DNA of 64,000 nt from an uncultured Gammaproteobacteria bacterium (GTDB lineage: Bacteria > Patescibacteriota > Microgenomatia > JAMCZE01), in contig CAZXMM010000001.1 of the NCBI GenBank assembly GCA_964641255.1, forward strand, positions 15,757 through 79,756. Reading direction: 5' to 3'. Below are positions 48,390-58,773 of this stretch, piece after piece. The translations under genes were made by a program, and so were the position numbers. The notes under the pieces were generated by a model, which was given only the letters and a program-made list of their open reading frames with translations, searched no databases and was not told where the DNA came from. The number at the start of each line of letters is the position of its first letter. The first letter of the stretch is position 1.

Positions 48390-49034
48390 TTAACTAGGCA
48401 GCATGGTAACAAGCTGTTCATAAACCTCTTGGGGATTCTCAGCCTTTTTGAAATAGCCACCAACAACAATTGCATCAGGATTAACTTCGATGGCTTTTTT
48501 GATAGTGTTTGGGTCAATGCCACCGTCAATTTCAATCCCACCGAGAAATCCTCCATCTCTCAATTCTTTAACTTTTTCTAGTTGAGTAGGAAGAAATGGT
48601 TGTCCTTGTCTACCGGTCTCGACTGTCATAACAGTTATGAAACTCACTAGATCTAAAAAGGGTTCCGCATCGACTGCCGGAGTCTTGGGGCCAAGAGCCA
48701 TTCCTAGTACTAGATCAAATTTAGCTCCCTCTTCTAAGACCAGTCTCAGATCATCTTCCATTTCAAATTGGACGATGGCCCGACGAAACCCCGCTTTCAC
48801 CACTTGTTCAAAAGCCTCTTGGGGGCGAGCGAACATTAGATGGGCTTCCAATAAAATATCACTCGAATAGACCTGAGTCAGTGAAATGACTTCAGACAGC
48901 GGGGCTGTCTTAAAGTTCTCAAACGAACCATCATTAAAGTCGATGTGAATGGCTGGAGCAAATAGAGCATAACTACTTAGCAGTGAACCATAGTCGGTAG
49001 GATGGGACTCTTCAATGGCGGGAACAATTTGCAT
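48390..49034 (-). CDS. rpe: ribulose-phosphate 3-epimerase
   Basis: TIM barrel. IHIDFNDGSF (metal-binding) and C-terminal GGIDPNT...VVGG. Confidence 0.7.
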   Translation of the reverse strand: MQIVPAIEESHPTDYGSLLSSYALFAPAIHIDFNDGSFENFKTAPLSEVISLTQVYSSDILLEAHLMFARPQEAFEQVVKAGFRRAIVQFEMEDDLRLVLEEGAKFDLVLGMALGPKTPAVDAEPFLDLVSFITVMTVETGRQGQPFLPTQLEKVKELRDGGFLGGIEIDGGIDPNTIKKAIEVNPDAIVVGGYFKKAENPQEVYEQLVTMLPS

Positions 49035-49067
49035 TAGACGAAGAATAGCTAATTTTAGTAAGGAAAT

Positions 49068-49514
49068 CTAGCTTGGCAGTGCCTTAAGGCTTGCCAGGCG
49101 GCTAAGGTAGGGCTCAGTATTACTAAAGCCCGTGCTGATAAAGCTACTAACTAGGGAAATAACTTCGGCCGTACTAAAGTAGTCAGCAGCAATAGAGAGA
49201 ACGTTGACGTTGTCGTCGTTTCTAGCCGCTTTGATTTGGTTGTCATTAATAGCCAGACAAGAACGGATGTGCCCATGCCGATTGGCGACAACGTCTACCA
49301 TGACTCCAGAGCCACAAAAAAAGATACCCAAATCCGGTGAGTCAGCTCTAATCAGCTGACAGGCTCTAAGCACAAAATCTCCGGCATTATCGCCAAGATC
49401 CAGGTGATCATTACCGCAATCAGCGACTTCTAATTTAACACCGTCCAAGAACTTTTTGATTTCGTCCTTTTTCAGAAGTCCCCGATGATCGGCTGCAAGA
49501 TAAATCATCATCAT
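49068..49514 (-). CDS. rpiB: ribose-5-phosphate isomerase B
   Basis: 148 aa. RpiB/LacAB fold motifs (FFCGSGVMVDVVANRHGHIRS). Confidence 0.8.
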   Translation of the reverse strand: MMMIYLAADHRGLLKKDEIKKFLDGVKLEVADCGNDHLDLGDNAGDFVLRACQLIRADSPDLGIFFCGSGVMVDVVANRHGHIRSCLAINDNQIKAARNDDNVNVLSIAADYFSTAEVISLVSSFISTGFSNTEPYLSRLASLKALPS

Positions 49515-49524
49515 CTATAATAGC

Positions 49525-51777
49525 ATGGTGCTAAGCAGAGACTTTTTTGTCTATCACCTAAACAAGATTAAGCGGCAAAAAAATAGCGGCACCCATTCGC
49601 TCCTGCGCCAGCTCTTGCTACCTTTAATTGGTGTACTCATCGCTATCTTGGTTCCAGTCTTGGTTTTTTTGATTGTTATTATCCAAGGGTTACCTACACC
49701 AGCCGACCTAACTAATCACCCGGTGGAGCAAAGTAGTAAGATTTTGGATCGCCACGGCGAACTACTATATAGCATCTACGCCACCGAAAACCGAACCGTA
49801 GTTCCTCTAAAAGATATTCCCTTATCAGTTCGCCAGGCCACCATTGCTGTTGAGGATAAAGATTTTTATCGGCATGGTGGGATTAACTTTGTAGGGGGGA
49901 TCTTGCGGGCTGCCCGCGATTCCATCCTCAACCAAAGGCTGGAGGGAGGATCCACAATCACTCAACAACTCATTAAGATGGCGCTTCTTAGCCCAGAACA
50001 GACTATTACCCGAAAGATACGCGAGGCGATACTCGCTTCTTGGACGGAGCGGATCTACTCCAAAGATGAAATCTTGGCTTTCTATCTTAACCGAGCCCCC
50101 TATGGTGGTACGGCCTATGGTATCGAAGAGGCTTCACTAATCTATTTTAACAAGCACGCGAAAAATCTTACCTTGGCAGAAGCGGCCCTTCTGGCAGGAC
50201 TACCCCAGGCCCCGACCTACTATTCCCCATTTGGCATCGACCCAAACCGTGCCCTCATCCGCCAACACGAGGTGTTAAAACGAATGCAGGAAGATGGCTA
50301 TATTACACACTCACAAGCTGAAGCGGCTAAAAAGGAACCGTTAGTTTTTGCCTCCGACTCAGGAGAAATCAAGGCTCCCCACTTTGTTGCTTACGTTAAA
50401 GAGCAACTGGTCCAAAAATATGGAGAGGATGTGGTCCAAAAAGGTGGACTGCAAGTGACTACCACCCTAGATTTAGCTCTTCAAGAAACAGCTCAAGCCA
50501 GCCTGTCAGCCCAAGTCGAAAAGCAAAAAAACCTTAAAGTGGGCAACGGGGCCGCTCTGGTCACTAAGCCCCCCACCGGAGAAATTTTAGTGATGATTGG
50601 TAGCAAAGACTACAGTGCCACTGACGGTGGCAATGTCAACGTGACCCTCGCTCACCGCAGTCCCGGATCCTCGATTAAACCACTTAATGTCGCCCTGGGT
50701 TTTCTAAAAGGCAATGCTACCCCAGCGACTCCCTGGATTGACGCACGCTATTGTTTTCCCCCCTTTGCTGGTAAAAGCTATTGTCCAGGTAATTATGATG
50801 GTAAATTTCATGGGGTAGTTCAAACCCGCTTTGCTCTCGGTAATTCCTATAACATTCCTGCTGTCAAACAACTGGCTCTTAACACCGTCGCCGACTTTAT
50901 CGCTACTGCCAGCGCTATGGGGCTAACCACCCTAAGTGACGATCCCAGTCGTTATGGCTATTCCCTGGCTCTAGGGGGAGGCGAGGTAAGAATGGTGGAT
51001 ATGGCGACCGCCTTTGGGGTTTTTGCCAACCAGGGTAAAAGAGTGGATTTAACCTCCCTCATTAAAGTAGTTGATAGCCAAGGTACGATCCTTGAAGACC
51101 ACAGCGAAGAGTTTAAAAACCCCGATATTCGGCCGCGAACTTGGCAAGCGACTGCTCCTTTTATCCCCAGAAACAATTACGTACTACCCGCTGAAGTCAC
51201 TTACCTCATCTCTCATATCCTGCTGGATGACGGAGCCAGACAGGCCACCTTTGGACCGAGTTCCGTTCTCAACATAAAGGGCTTTCCAGTGAGTGTTAAA
51301 ACTGGAACAGCTGAAGACAAACGAGATAACTGGACCATTGGTTATACCCCCTCATTCCTCACTGCGGTTTGGGTAGGCAATAATGACAATTCGCCGATGA
51401 GCCCCTACCTAGAGTCTGGCAACACTGGAGCGGCGCCAATTTGGAATAGTATTATGACCGAGGTGCTAAAAAATAGCACTCCCGACTGGCCACCCAAACC
51501 AGAAAATGTTATTTTTACTGAAGTCTGTTCACTGTCTGGACTATTACCCAATCCCGATCATGATTGTCCCAAACGCGGGGAATATTTTATAAAAGGTTTA
51601 GAGCCGAAAGATAAAGACGGGGTTTGGGATCAAAAGAGAAAGATTTTGGTCTACAAGGACAGCCATAAACAGCCCGGCCCCAATGAAAAGCCTAGCCCTG
51701 ATCAATTAATTGAAGAGGAACATATTGTTATTTCCGACCCACTGCAGAAAGACTTTTGTGTTGATTGTGTCCAATAA
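49525..51777 (+). CDS. class A penicillin-binding protein (GT51 transglycosylase plus transpeptidase)
   Basis: GT51 motifs EDKDFYRHGGIN, GGSTITQQ and RKxxE. Transpeptidase SxxK (SSIKP), SYN, KTGT. Confidence 0.85.
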   Translation: MVLSRDFFVYHLNKIKRQKNSGTHSLLRQLLLPLIGVLIAILVPVLVFLIVIIQGLPTPADLTNHPVEQSSKILDRHGELLYSIYATENRTVVPLKDIPLSVRQATIAVEDKDFYRHGGINFVGGILRAARDSILNQRLEGGSTITQQLIKMALLSPEQTITRKIREAILASWTERIYSKDEILAFYLNRAPYGGTAYGIEEASLIYFNKHAKNLTLAEAALLAGLPQAPTYYSPFGIDPNRALIRQHEVLKRMQEDGYITHSQAEAAKKEPLVFASDSGEIKAPHFVAYVKEQLVQKYGEDVVQKGGLQVTTTLDLALQETAQASLSAQVEKQKNLKVGNGAALVTKPPTGEILVMIGSKDYSATDGGNVNVTLAHRSPGSSIKPLNVALGFLKGNATPATPWIDARYCFPPFAGKSYCPGNYDGKFHGVVQTRFALGNSYNIPAVKQLALNTVADFIATASAMGLTTLSDDPSRYGYSLALGGGEVRMVDMATAFGVFANQGKRVDLTSLIKVVDSQGTILEDHSEEFKNPDIRPRTWQATAPFIPRNNYVLPAEVTYLISHILLDDGARQATFGPSSVLNIKGFPVSVKTGTAEDKRDNWTIGYTPSFLTAVWVGNNDNSPMSPYLESGNTGAAPIWNSIMTEVLKNSTPDWPPKPENVIFTEVCSLSGLLPNPDHDCPKRGEYFIKGLEPKDKDGVWDQKRKILVYKDSHKQPGPNEKPSPDQLIEEEHIVISDPLQKDFCVDCVQ

Positions 51778-52897
51778 TCCCTACTCCAATTAGAAGCCAA
51801 AAAAGTGCGTATTCGGCAGTCGAGGTAACATTTATTTGCATTCGCAGTACTAAAACTAAAAAAGCCAATAAAAACACCGGGTGGCTTTTTAAAGCAAAGA
51901 GTGTGCGAGTTACAATCGCTCCCCAAATAACTAGTCCCACCAGTCCCCCTCCCAAAGCCACCTCTAAGATTTCATTATGGGCCTTATCGACTAGAACTTC
52001 GCCGGTTTTTGTCAAAGGCATAGGATAAACAATGTTTTTTACTGCTAGTTCATAGTTTTCCAGGCCGTACCCCATAGTCGGACTTTTCAAAACGGCCATT
52101 ACCCCCCGAGTATAAATCCGCTGTCGGCTTTGCGCTGCCAGTGGATCGAAACGGGACACTCTCCAGCTTTCGCTGTACCAGAGGAAAAAAACTCCCATAC
52201 TCAGTAAGAGAATAGCTAATTTCCAGCCCCCTTTAAAAAGGGCCGCTCCCATTATCACTGCCATTACCGCCCCCCGAGAACTAGTAAGCAGTAGAGTTAG
52301 TGACCCGAGAGCTAAAATAACCAATCGTTTCCACAGAGAGCGAAAGTACCAGGCAAACGGCAGGGTGGTTGCCACAAAGCCGGCTAAGAAATTGGGATTA
52401 CCAAAACTCCCCACCGGTCTTTCTAAGTAGAGATAAAGTGGAAAATCAAAAAACTCTTTGCCCAAAATGCCGATAAAGAGCCACACACCGGCAACAACAC
52501 CAAGGAACCCAACGGTCTTACCCAAAAAGGGCAAGTCTTTTTTTTCAAAGATTACCGGAATAATAATTGCGAGGGTTAGATAGTGAGCCAACATCAGTAG
52601 TCCTTGTCCTCGCCAAAAAAGTCCATAAAACGAGGTGGTAAAGTCCACTCCATAGAAACTGGCCAGCACATTCCACAAAAAATAGCTCACCAGTAAAAGT
52701 ACTGGCCAAAACGGTAAATCTTGTTTCTCCTGGGGAAAAATCATGCGCACTAGCGTGACTAACAGTAGTAGTTCCACCCAGCGTTGAAAGAAAAAAACTT
52801 TGGGACCCTCGTAGCCATTGACTGTTCCGGTCAAATGAATTAGACCGATGAAAATTATTCCTGTGAAAAAAATGACCCTTGACAGTTTGGTTAACAT
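51728..52897 (-). CDS. O-antigen ligase (Wzy_C)-like polytopic membrane protein
   Basis: 389 aa with multiple TM helices and a large periplasmic loop with the KAHNEILEV motif. Confidence 0.65.
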   Translation of the reverse strand: MLTKLSRVIFFTGIIFIGLIHLTGTVNGYEGPKVFFFQRWVELLLLVTLVRMIFPQEKQDLPFWPVLLLVSYFLWNVLASFYGVDFTTSFYGLFWRGQGLLMLAHYLTLAIIIPVIFEKKDLPFLGKTVGFLGVVAGVWLFIGILGKEFFDFPLYLYLERPVGSFGNPNFLAGFVATTLPFAWYFRSLWKRLVILALGSLTLLLTSSRGAVMAVIMGAALFKGGWKLAILLLSMGVFFLWYSESWRVSRFDPLAAQSRQRIYTRGVMAVLKSPTMGYGLENYELAVKNIVYPMPLTKTGEVLVDKAHNEILEVALGGGLVGLVIWGAIVTRTLFALKSHPVFLLAFLVLVLRMQINVTSTAEYALFWLLIGVGIIGHNQHKSLSAVGRK

Positions 52898-52917
52898 CCT
52901 TCTATTCTAGTTTATAG

Positions 52918-54339
52918 ATGTTTAAATCACGCGGTTTCGCTGCCATAGTACCCCTGCTACTTCTGGGAATTGGTTTAGTTGTGGCAGTCGCATTGGTTGG
53001 CACCCAAACAGGTTTTTTTAACCGCGCCAGTGGATTCCCAGAAACCGGCACTAATCCCTCACCCTGGGGAAAAGCAATGCAACTCAATGGTCAAAACTAT
53101 GCCAGTCCCTCCGCTCGAATTTATCCCAAGCTTGGCTTTACTGTTGAAATGTGGGCTAGACCGAATTCGGCTGTCTTTAACGGTTATCTAGTCTCCGAAT
53201 TAGGCCAACAGACTTTTGGCAATAAGGTTGGTACCATGTCCCTATCTTGGGCCAGCACCCCCGACAACAATGGAAAATATGTTAATAACTATAATTTTAG
53301 CACCACTAACGCGGGCGCCAATTGCGCAGGCACTCAAATAGGATATCAGGAGCTTCCCCAAGATGCCAGTGAAGTAACTTCGTGGCATCATCTGGCTGTG
53401 GTCTTTGGTCTTGATGGTAAAATTAGACTGTTCCTCAATGGTCAGCTGATGATCGCTTCAGAAGCGATTACAGGGGTTTGTCCACCAGTGGATGACATCT
53501 ACTTGGGCAGGGGTAGATCGACGGACACCAGTCCAGAACAATATTTTCCCGGACAACTTGACGAAGTTCGGATTTCTACTGTCGCTCGTTACCTACAAAA
53601 CTTTACACCCCCAACCACCCCCTTTATGTCTGACGCTGACACCATAGCTCTTTATCATTTCGACGGACCAATAATATGCCAAGGACCCTCCAATAACTGC
53701 TTTACGGCAGACTCCTCCAACTTTCACCGCAACGCTCTACTTATTAGAAATCCCCAATTCGTCCTAAGCACCATTCCACATTCTGTTTCACCTAATGATT
53801 ATGTCAAAAACGGTTCGTTTGAACTGGTTAAAGATAATGGTAAACCTGCCGAGTGGAAAAGTGGGTCCCTTAAAGACAATGACAAGGTGGTTACCACCGA
53901 GTATTTCGAAGGGACAAAATCATTCCGTTTTACTGGTAAAAATACAACTGGAAGAGAGGCCCTTGGACAGTTAGTGACAGTTAATGGATCGGCTAACGAT
54001 ATAGTCACACTAACAGTCCGAAATAAAAGTACCGGTGCCGCTGCCACTGGCGGCTTGGCCGGAATGGCGGCAATCATTACTTATAATGATGGTAAGGTAG
54101 ATGCTGGCTACTATACCTTTCCCAAGTCCGTTCATGACTGGAGACTGAAAAAGGCCATTTTAGTCCCCGATGAGCCGTACAAAAGCATCGTTATCACCCT
54201 TCTCAACCAAAATGGAGCCGCCAACTATTTTGTAGACGACGTAAAACTTACTATTGAGCCTGGCCAAGAGTCTGACCAATCTAAGGCTACCCCCAGTGAG
54301 CTCCCGATCGCAGAAGTTAAGAAACTGATAGTTCAATAA
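52918..54339 (+). CDS. secreted LamG/concanavalin-A-like domain protein with C-terminal beta-sandwich (CBM-like) domain
   Basis: Signal peptide. FPGQLDEVRIS is a hallmark of Laminin_G_3-type jellyrolls. Confidence 0.55.
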   Translation: MFKSRGFAAIVPLLLLGIGLVVAVALVGTQTGFFNRASGFPETGTNPSPWGKAMQLNGQNYASPSARIYPKLGFTVEMWARPNSAVFNGYLVSELGQQTFGNKVGTMSLSWASTPDNNGKYVNNYNFSTTNAGANCAGTQIGYQELPQDASEVTSWHHLAVVFGLDGKIRLFLNGQLMIASEAITGVCPPVDDIYLGRGRSTDTSPEQYFPGQLDEVRISTVARYLQNFTPPTTPFMSDADTIALYHFDGPIICQGPSNNCFTADSSNFHRNALLIRNPQFVLSTIPHSVSPNDYVKNGSFELVKDNGKPAEWKSGSLKDNDKVVTTEYFEGTKSFRFTGKNTTGREALGQLVTVNGSANDIVTLTVRNKSTGAAATGGLAGMAAIITYNDGKVDAGYYTFPKSVHDWRLKKAILVPDEPYKSIVITLLNQNGAANYFVDDVKLTIEPGQESDQSKATPSELPIAEVKKLIVQ

Positions 54340-54441
54340 TCGGCCAACGTTTCCTTCTTGCCAATCTAGCTACGATCGCCGATAATAACTCTAGGCCTTG
54401 GGAAGCATACTGTCACTTGTAATTGATGCCTATATAACAGT

Positions 54442-56961
54442 ATGCCCAGGAAGAAACAGTCGCCACCCAGTATTGGTACCCGTATTGTCCGTCTCGGCGG
54501 AGAGTTTTTGGTGACCCTGGGTACTCCCTCTCTGTTCATTTTTAAAATTCTTTTTTGGTGCTTTGTCTGGCTAGGCAAAATTACTGTCGAATCAGTCAAG
54601 TCTCTCCCCACTCTTGGCCGCCAAACTACCCGGTGGCTGCAAACCAGACGTAAGCTAGTAGCAAGGGCCACAAAGCGGTTGGCTGCCAACTTAGTTAAGA
54701 GGGGTCGCCATACCCAAATTGCACTCCTAGCCCACAAGAAAAAATTGGACTTACTAATCGCTAAGGCTATAGGACTAAAGGCCAAACTAGGACAATACTT
54801 TACCCAGTTAAACCTTAGACTTAGGATGGAGAGGATTGGCACTAAAACTAAACACCTCTGGAGTCCGATCAAATTCGCTTATCAAGCTCTAACAACTCTA
54901 GCCAATCGTCGCCCTTCTAGTCGCAAGCCTAGTTTGCCCTTGGCCAACGGCTCTTCTCTTCGCACCCGACTAGTCTATCTGGGGATTGGGGCACTAATCT
55001 GTTTTACGTTTGTCTTTATTCCTTTTTGGGTTAAGAGCACTCTGAGTGAACTGCCGAGTCCCCTTGCTCTTACGGCCAGAGAGATTCCAATCGCTACCAA
55101 AATCTATGACCGAAGTGGAATCTTGCTCTATCAGTTTTATGCCGACGAAAACCGGACCCTAGTGGCTCTAGACTCTCTCCCCAACTACGTTGTCAACGCT
55201 ACTGTAGCCATTGAAGACCGCAACTTTTACCGCCACGTTGGCTTTGATCCCCAGGGAATTGTCAGGGCAGCAATAGCTAATAGTAGTGGCGGCCAGATTG
55301 TTCAGGGGGGTTCAACTATTACTCAGCAGTTAATTAAGTCAGCCCTCCTGACCCCCAAACAAAGCATTGATCGCAAACTAAAAGAGGTGTTTTTATCGGT
55401 TTGGACCGAGCGGGTTTATACTAAAAAGCAGATACTGGAGATGTATTTTAACCAGGTAGCCTACGGTGGCACCGCTTACGGTATTAAATCCGCCGCCCAG
55501 ATTTACTTTAATAAAGAACCCAAGGACCTTACTCTTGCCGAAGCCGCTCTTCTAGCCGGACTACCCAGCTCACCCTCAAACTATTCACCCTTTGGCCCCC
55601 ACCCAGAGCTCTCTAAAGAGAGGCAACTACAGGTCTTAAATGCAATGGTGAATCAAGGATACATCACACTGGATCAAGCCAAGGTCGCTCAAAATGAACC
55701 CCTGAATTTTGTTAGCCCGGAAACCTCGATTAAGGCGCCACACTTTGTCATGTATGTAAAAGACTATTTAACCCAAAAGTACGGAAATCGCTTGGTCGAG
55801 CGGGGGGGGCTAGAAGTTACCACCTCGCTTGATTACCCTCTCTACGAGAAGGTCAGTAAAATCATCAAAGAAGGGGTAGAAAAACAGGGTTATCTTAATG
55901 TGGGCAATGCCGCTTCCTTAGTCACCATCCCACAAACTGGAGAAGTTTTAGCTATGGTTGGATCACGCGACTTTTTTGACATCAGCCGCGATGGTAATGT
56001 CAATGTCACCCTCTCTCCGCGCAGTCCCGGATCATCGATCAAACCCCTAACCTTTGCCCTCGCCCTGGAAAAAGGAATCTATACTCCGTCAAGTATCATT
56101 AGCGATACTCCAACTGCTTTCCGCATACCCGGCAGCGCCCCCTACACTCCCAGAAACTATGACGGCAAGACCAGTGGCAACGTCACGATCCGCTCGGCTC
56201 TAGCCCGGTCTCTCAACATTCCCGCTGTTAAGGTGCTCGAGAAAGTCGGCGTTCCTGCTTTTATCGAGTTTGCACAAAAGCTGGGCATTACCACTTTCAA
56301 CGACCCCAATCGCTTCGGTCTCTCGCTCACCCTAGGCGGTGGAGAGGTACTAATGACTGATATGGCCACTGCTTATAGTGCATTCGCAAGTGGTGGGGAA
56401 AAGGTAGAGCTGAAACCGGTTTTGCTAGTCAAAGACTATCGCGGGAACACCTTAGAAGATAATCGTCAAAATAGTAAAAAAACTCGAGTGCTCAGTTCTC
56501 AAACCGCTTTTCTAATCAGTGATATTTTGTCCGATGACAGCGCTCGGGCTGCCACCTTTGGTAGAGGCAGTATTTTAAACATTCCCAACCAAACCGTGGC
56601 AGTCAAAACCGGGACTACCGACGATAAGCGCGACAACTGGACTATTGGTTATACCCCCTCATATTTAGCGGTGGTTTGGGTCGGTAATAATGACAATAGT
56701 CGCATGAGCCAGTCGCTTGAATCGGGTAATACCGGAGCAGCAGCAATTTGGAATCCAATTTTTACTACACTTCTTAAAGATAAGCCCAATCAGGGGTTTG
56801 CTAGACCGGAGAATATTGTTGCCGTCTCGGTCTGTGCTCTAAACGGTCTACTGCCCTGTAGTAACTGTCCACTAGTGCGAACTGAGTATTTCCAAAAAGG
56901 TACCGAGCCGACCAAAGCGTGTAATATTAGTAAAGAGGACCTAGACAAGCCAACGAATTAG
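54442..56961 (+). CDS. class A penicillin-binding protein, second paralog, with about 200-aa basic N-terminal extension
   Basis: Same GT51 and transpeptidase motifs (EDRNFYRHVGFD, GGSTITQQ, SSIKP, KTGT). Confidence 0.85.
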   Translation: MPRKKQSPPSIGTRIVRLGGEFLVTLGTPSLFIFKILFWCFVWLGKITVESVKSLPTLGRQTTRWLQTRRKLVARATKRLAANLVKRGRHTQIALLAHKKKLDLLIAKAIGLKAKLGQYFTQLNLRLRMERIGTKTKHLWSPIKFAYQALTTLANRRPSSRKPSLPLANGSSLRTRLVYLGIGALICFTFVFIPFWVKSTLSELPSPLALTAREIPIATKIYDRSGILLYQFYADENRTLVALDSLPNYVVNATVAIEDRNFYRHVGFDPQGIVRAAIANSSGGQIVQGGSTITQQLIKSALLTPKQSIDRKLKEVFLSVWTERVYTKKQILEMYFNQVAYGGTAYGIKSAAQIYFNKEPKDLTLAEAALLAGLPSSPSNYSPFGPHPELSKERQLQVLNAMVNQGYITLDQAKVAQNEPLNFVSPETSIKAPHFVMYVKDYLTQKYGNRLVERGGLEVTTSLDYPLYEKVSKIIKEGVEKQGYLNVGNAASLVTIPQTGEVLAMVGSRDFFDISRDGNVNVTLSPRSPGSSIKPLTFALALEKGIYTPSSIISDTPTAFRIPGSAPYTPRNYDGKTSGNVTIRSALARSLNIPAVKVLEKVGVPAFIEFAQKLGITTFNDPNRFGLSLTLGGGEVLMTDMATAYSAFASGGEKVELKPVLLVKDYRGNTLEDNRQNSKKTRVLSSQTAFLISDILSDDSARAATFGRGSILNIPNQTVAVKTGTTDDKRDNWTIGYTPSYLAVVWVGNNDNSRMSQSLESGNTGAAAIWNPIFTTLLKDKPNQGFARPENIVAVSVCALNGLLPCSNCPLVRTEYFQKGTEPTKACNISKEDLDKPTN

Positions 56962-56968
56962 CTTAAAT

Positions 56969-57535
56969 ATGCCTGTCCACAAACTGACCACTGAAGAATT
57001 GGTAGCTAAGAAGCCTCCAATCAAGAATTTTCGAGCCAAAAAGCGGCGGCCAATTGTTTTTATTCTCCACAACCTTCGCTCACTTGAAAATGTAGGACTC
57101 TTTTTTCGTCTCGCTGATGCTTTTTTGGTGGAGAAAATTTATTTAACAGGCTATACCGGTTACCCCAGACTTAAATCTGATTCCCGTGAGGAAAGAATTA
57201 TTAGTCACGCGGAAAAAGAAATTAATAAGACTGCTATCAAGCTAGTACCCTACGTTCCCTGGGAACATAGAAATAGTGGTATGGACGTTGTTACCGAGCT
57301 TAAAGAGCGAGGCTACCAAATCCTCAGCGTTGAACAGACTACAACCAGCATTGACTACCAATCACCCATCTACCACCCCCCATTAGCCCTTATATTTGGC
57401 CACGAGAGAACTGGAGTGGAAGAAGATTTATTGTTAGCTTCGGATGCTATAGTTAATATTCCCATGCTGGGCATGGGTAATTCCCACAACGTAGCTATGG
57501 CCGGCGCTATAATTATTAGTCACCTCATCCACTAA
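56969..57535 (+). CDS. SpoU/TrmH-family RNA 2'-O-methyltransferase
   Basis: SPOUT motifs LIFGHERTGV and the IPMLG...NSHNVAMA region. Confidence 0.75.
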   Translation: MPVHKLTTEELVAKKPPIKNFRAKKRRPIVFILHNLRSLENVGLFFRLADAFLVEKIYLTGYTGYPRLKSDSREERIISHAEKEINKTAIKLVPYVPWEHRNSGMDVVTELKERGYQILSVEQTTTSIDYQSPIYHPPLALIFGHERTGVEEDLLLASDAIVNIPMLGMGNSHNVAMAGAIIISHLIH

Positions 57536-57569
57536 GTATGGTAGGATGCTAAGTACCCATAAATAAGCT

Positions 57570-58547
57570 ATGAATAAATCCTATTTTGCGTTTATCTTCG
57601 GATTGTTAGTCATAATTATCGCGATTGTGGCCTTTGCTTATAGTAAAAGTGGTCCCACTCCGGCCAAGCAGACACTCCCACCCCCTACTATTCTAGAAGC
57701 CAGCCCCGCTACCTCCAGCGCTTCTACTAACCAAAATGCTATACCGCTAATTATTAAATCTCCTAAAGATAAGGCCGAAGTAAAATCCAGCTTTCTGTCA
57801 GTCGAGGGTATCACTGTCCCCAACGCCGACGTGTCTGTTAATAGTAAAGATCTACTTTCTGATGCTGACGGAAAATTTAAGACCACTATTATTTTAGACA
57901 TCGGAGAGAACCCGTTGATTGTCTTTGCGTCCGACACTCTGGGTAACACGGCAGTTTGGGAAGGAACTGTAGATTACGAATCTGACACTACCGACTTTGC
58001 CGACCCGACTCCCGAAGCTACTCCTACTACTCTGGTCACCCCACTGACAATAGCTAAGGTGCGAGGAATATTAGAGTCTAGCTCGGCCGGGCAACTGATT
58101 ATGCAGGCTGAAAACAATTTCTACACCATTAATCTAGCCGGCAGCACCCGGCTGGTCAAACGCTTTGGAGGTAAAATTTTAGTCAGTGACCTTAACCCTG
58201 GAGACGAATTGTATGTTGTAGGGACCTTTGTGGGAGTAGAAAAAAATACTGTTAATGCCCTTTTGGTCCGTAATCTTAGTAATAAAACACGGCTGACTCA
58301 TTTTTTAACCAGTATCGAAAAGATTACCCCAACCCAAACTTTTCTACTAGCTACTGGCCAGACTGTTAGTATTACTAGTACTACCACTCTAACCAATCGG
58401 CTAGGCGAACCCTTGAGCCTTAGCCATTTCCGGCCTCAAGATAAAATTAAGATCTGGGGGGACTTTAACCCCGTTAACCAGCGGGTGGGAAAGATAAGCA
58501 TGATTGCTAACTTAGTATTACCACTAACTTCTTTAGAGAATCGTTAA
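57570..58547 (+). CDS. hypothetical signal-anchored secreted protein
   Basis: N-terminal TM helix and Thr/Ser-rich linkers. No family recognised. Confidence 0.4.
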   Translation: MNKSYFAFIFGLLVIIIAIVAFAYSKSGPTPAKQTLPPPTILEASPATSSASTNQNAIPLIIKSPKDKAEVKSSFLSVEGITVPNADVSVNSKDLLSDADGKFKTTIILDIGENPLIVFASDTLGNTAVWEGTVDYESDTTDFADPTPEATPTTLVTPLTIAKVRGILESSSAGQLIMQAENNFYTINLAGSTRLVKRFGGKILVSDLNPGDELYVVGTFVGVEKNTVNALLVRNLSNKTRLTHFLTSIEKITPTQTFLLATGQTVSITSTTTLTNRLGEPLSLSHFRPQDKIKIWGDFNPVNQRVGKISMIANLVLPLTSLENR

Positions 58548-58772
58548 GGCTAAGAAGAAAAGAAACACCACAACCAGGATATGCAAAATTGCAATTAAGC
58601 GGATAAATGGAGAAACGCTACTATTGAGAGTCTGGGACATGAGGGACGACTCGCGGTAAACGACTAGAGCAAAAATGAAGTAAAAAAACACTAACACCAG
58701 GATAAAAATCTTAAACAAGACGGCTACTTGGAATAAAGTAAGTACCAGGTTAATAATTTCTTCAACGGACAT
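58533..58772 (-). CDS. hypothetical small 2-TM membrane protein
   Basis: 79-aa hydrophobic ORF. Confidence 0.3.
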   Translation of the reverse strand: MSVEEIINLVLTLFQVAVLFKIFILVLVFFYFIFALVVYRESSLMSQTLNSSVSPFIRLIAILHILVVVFLFFLALTIL

Positions 58773-58773
58773 A

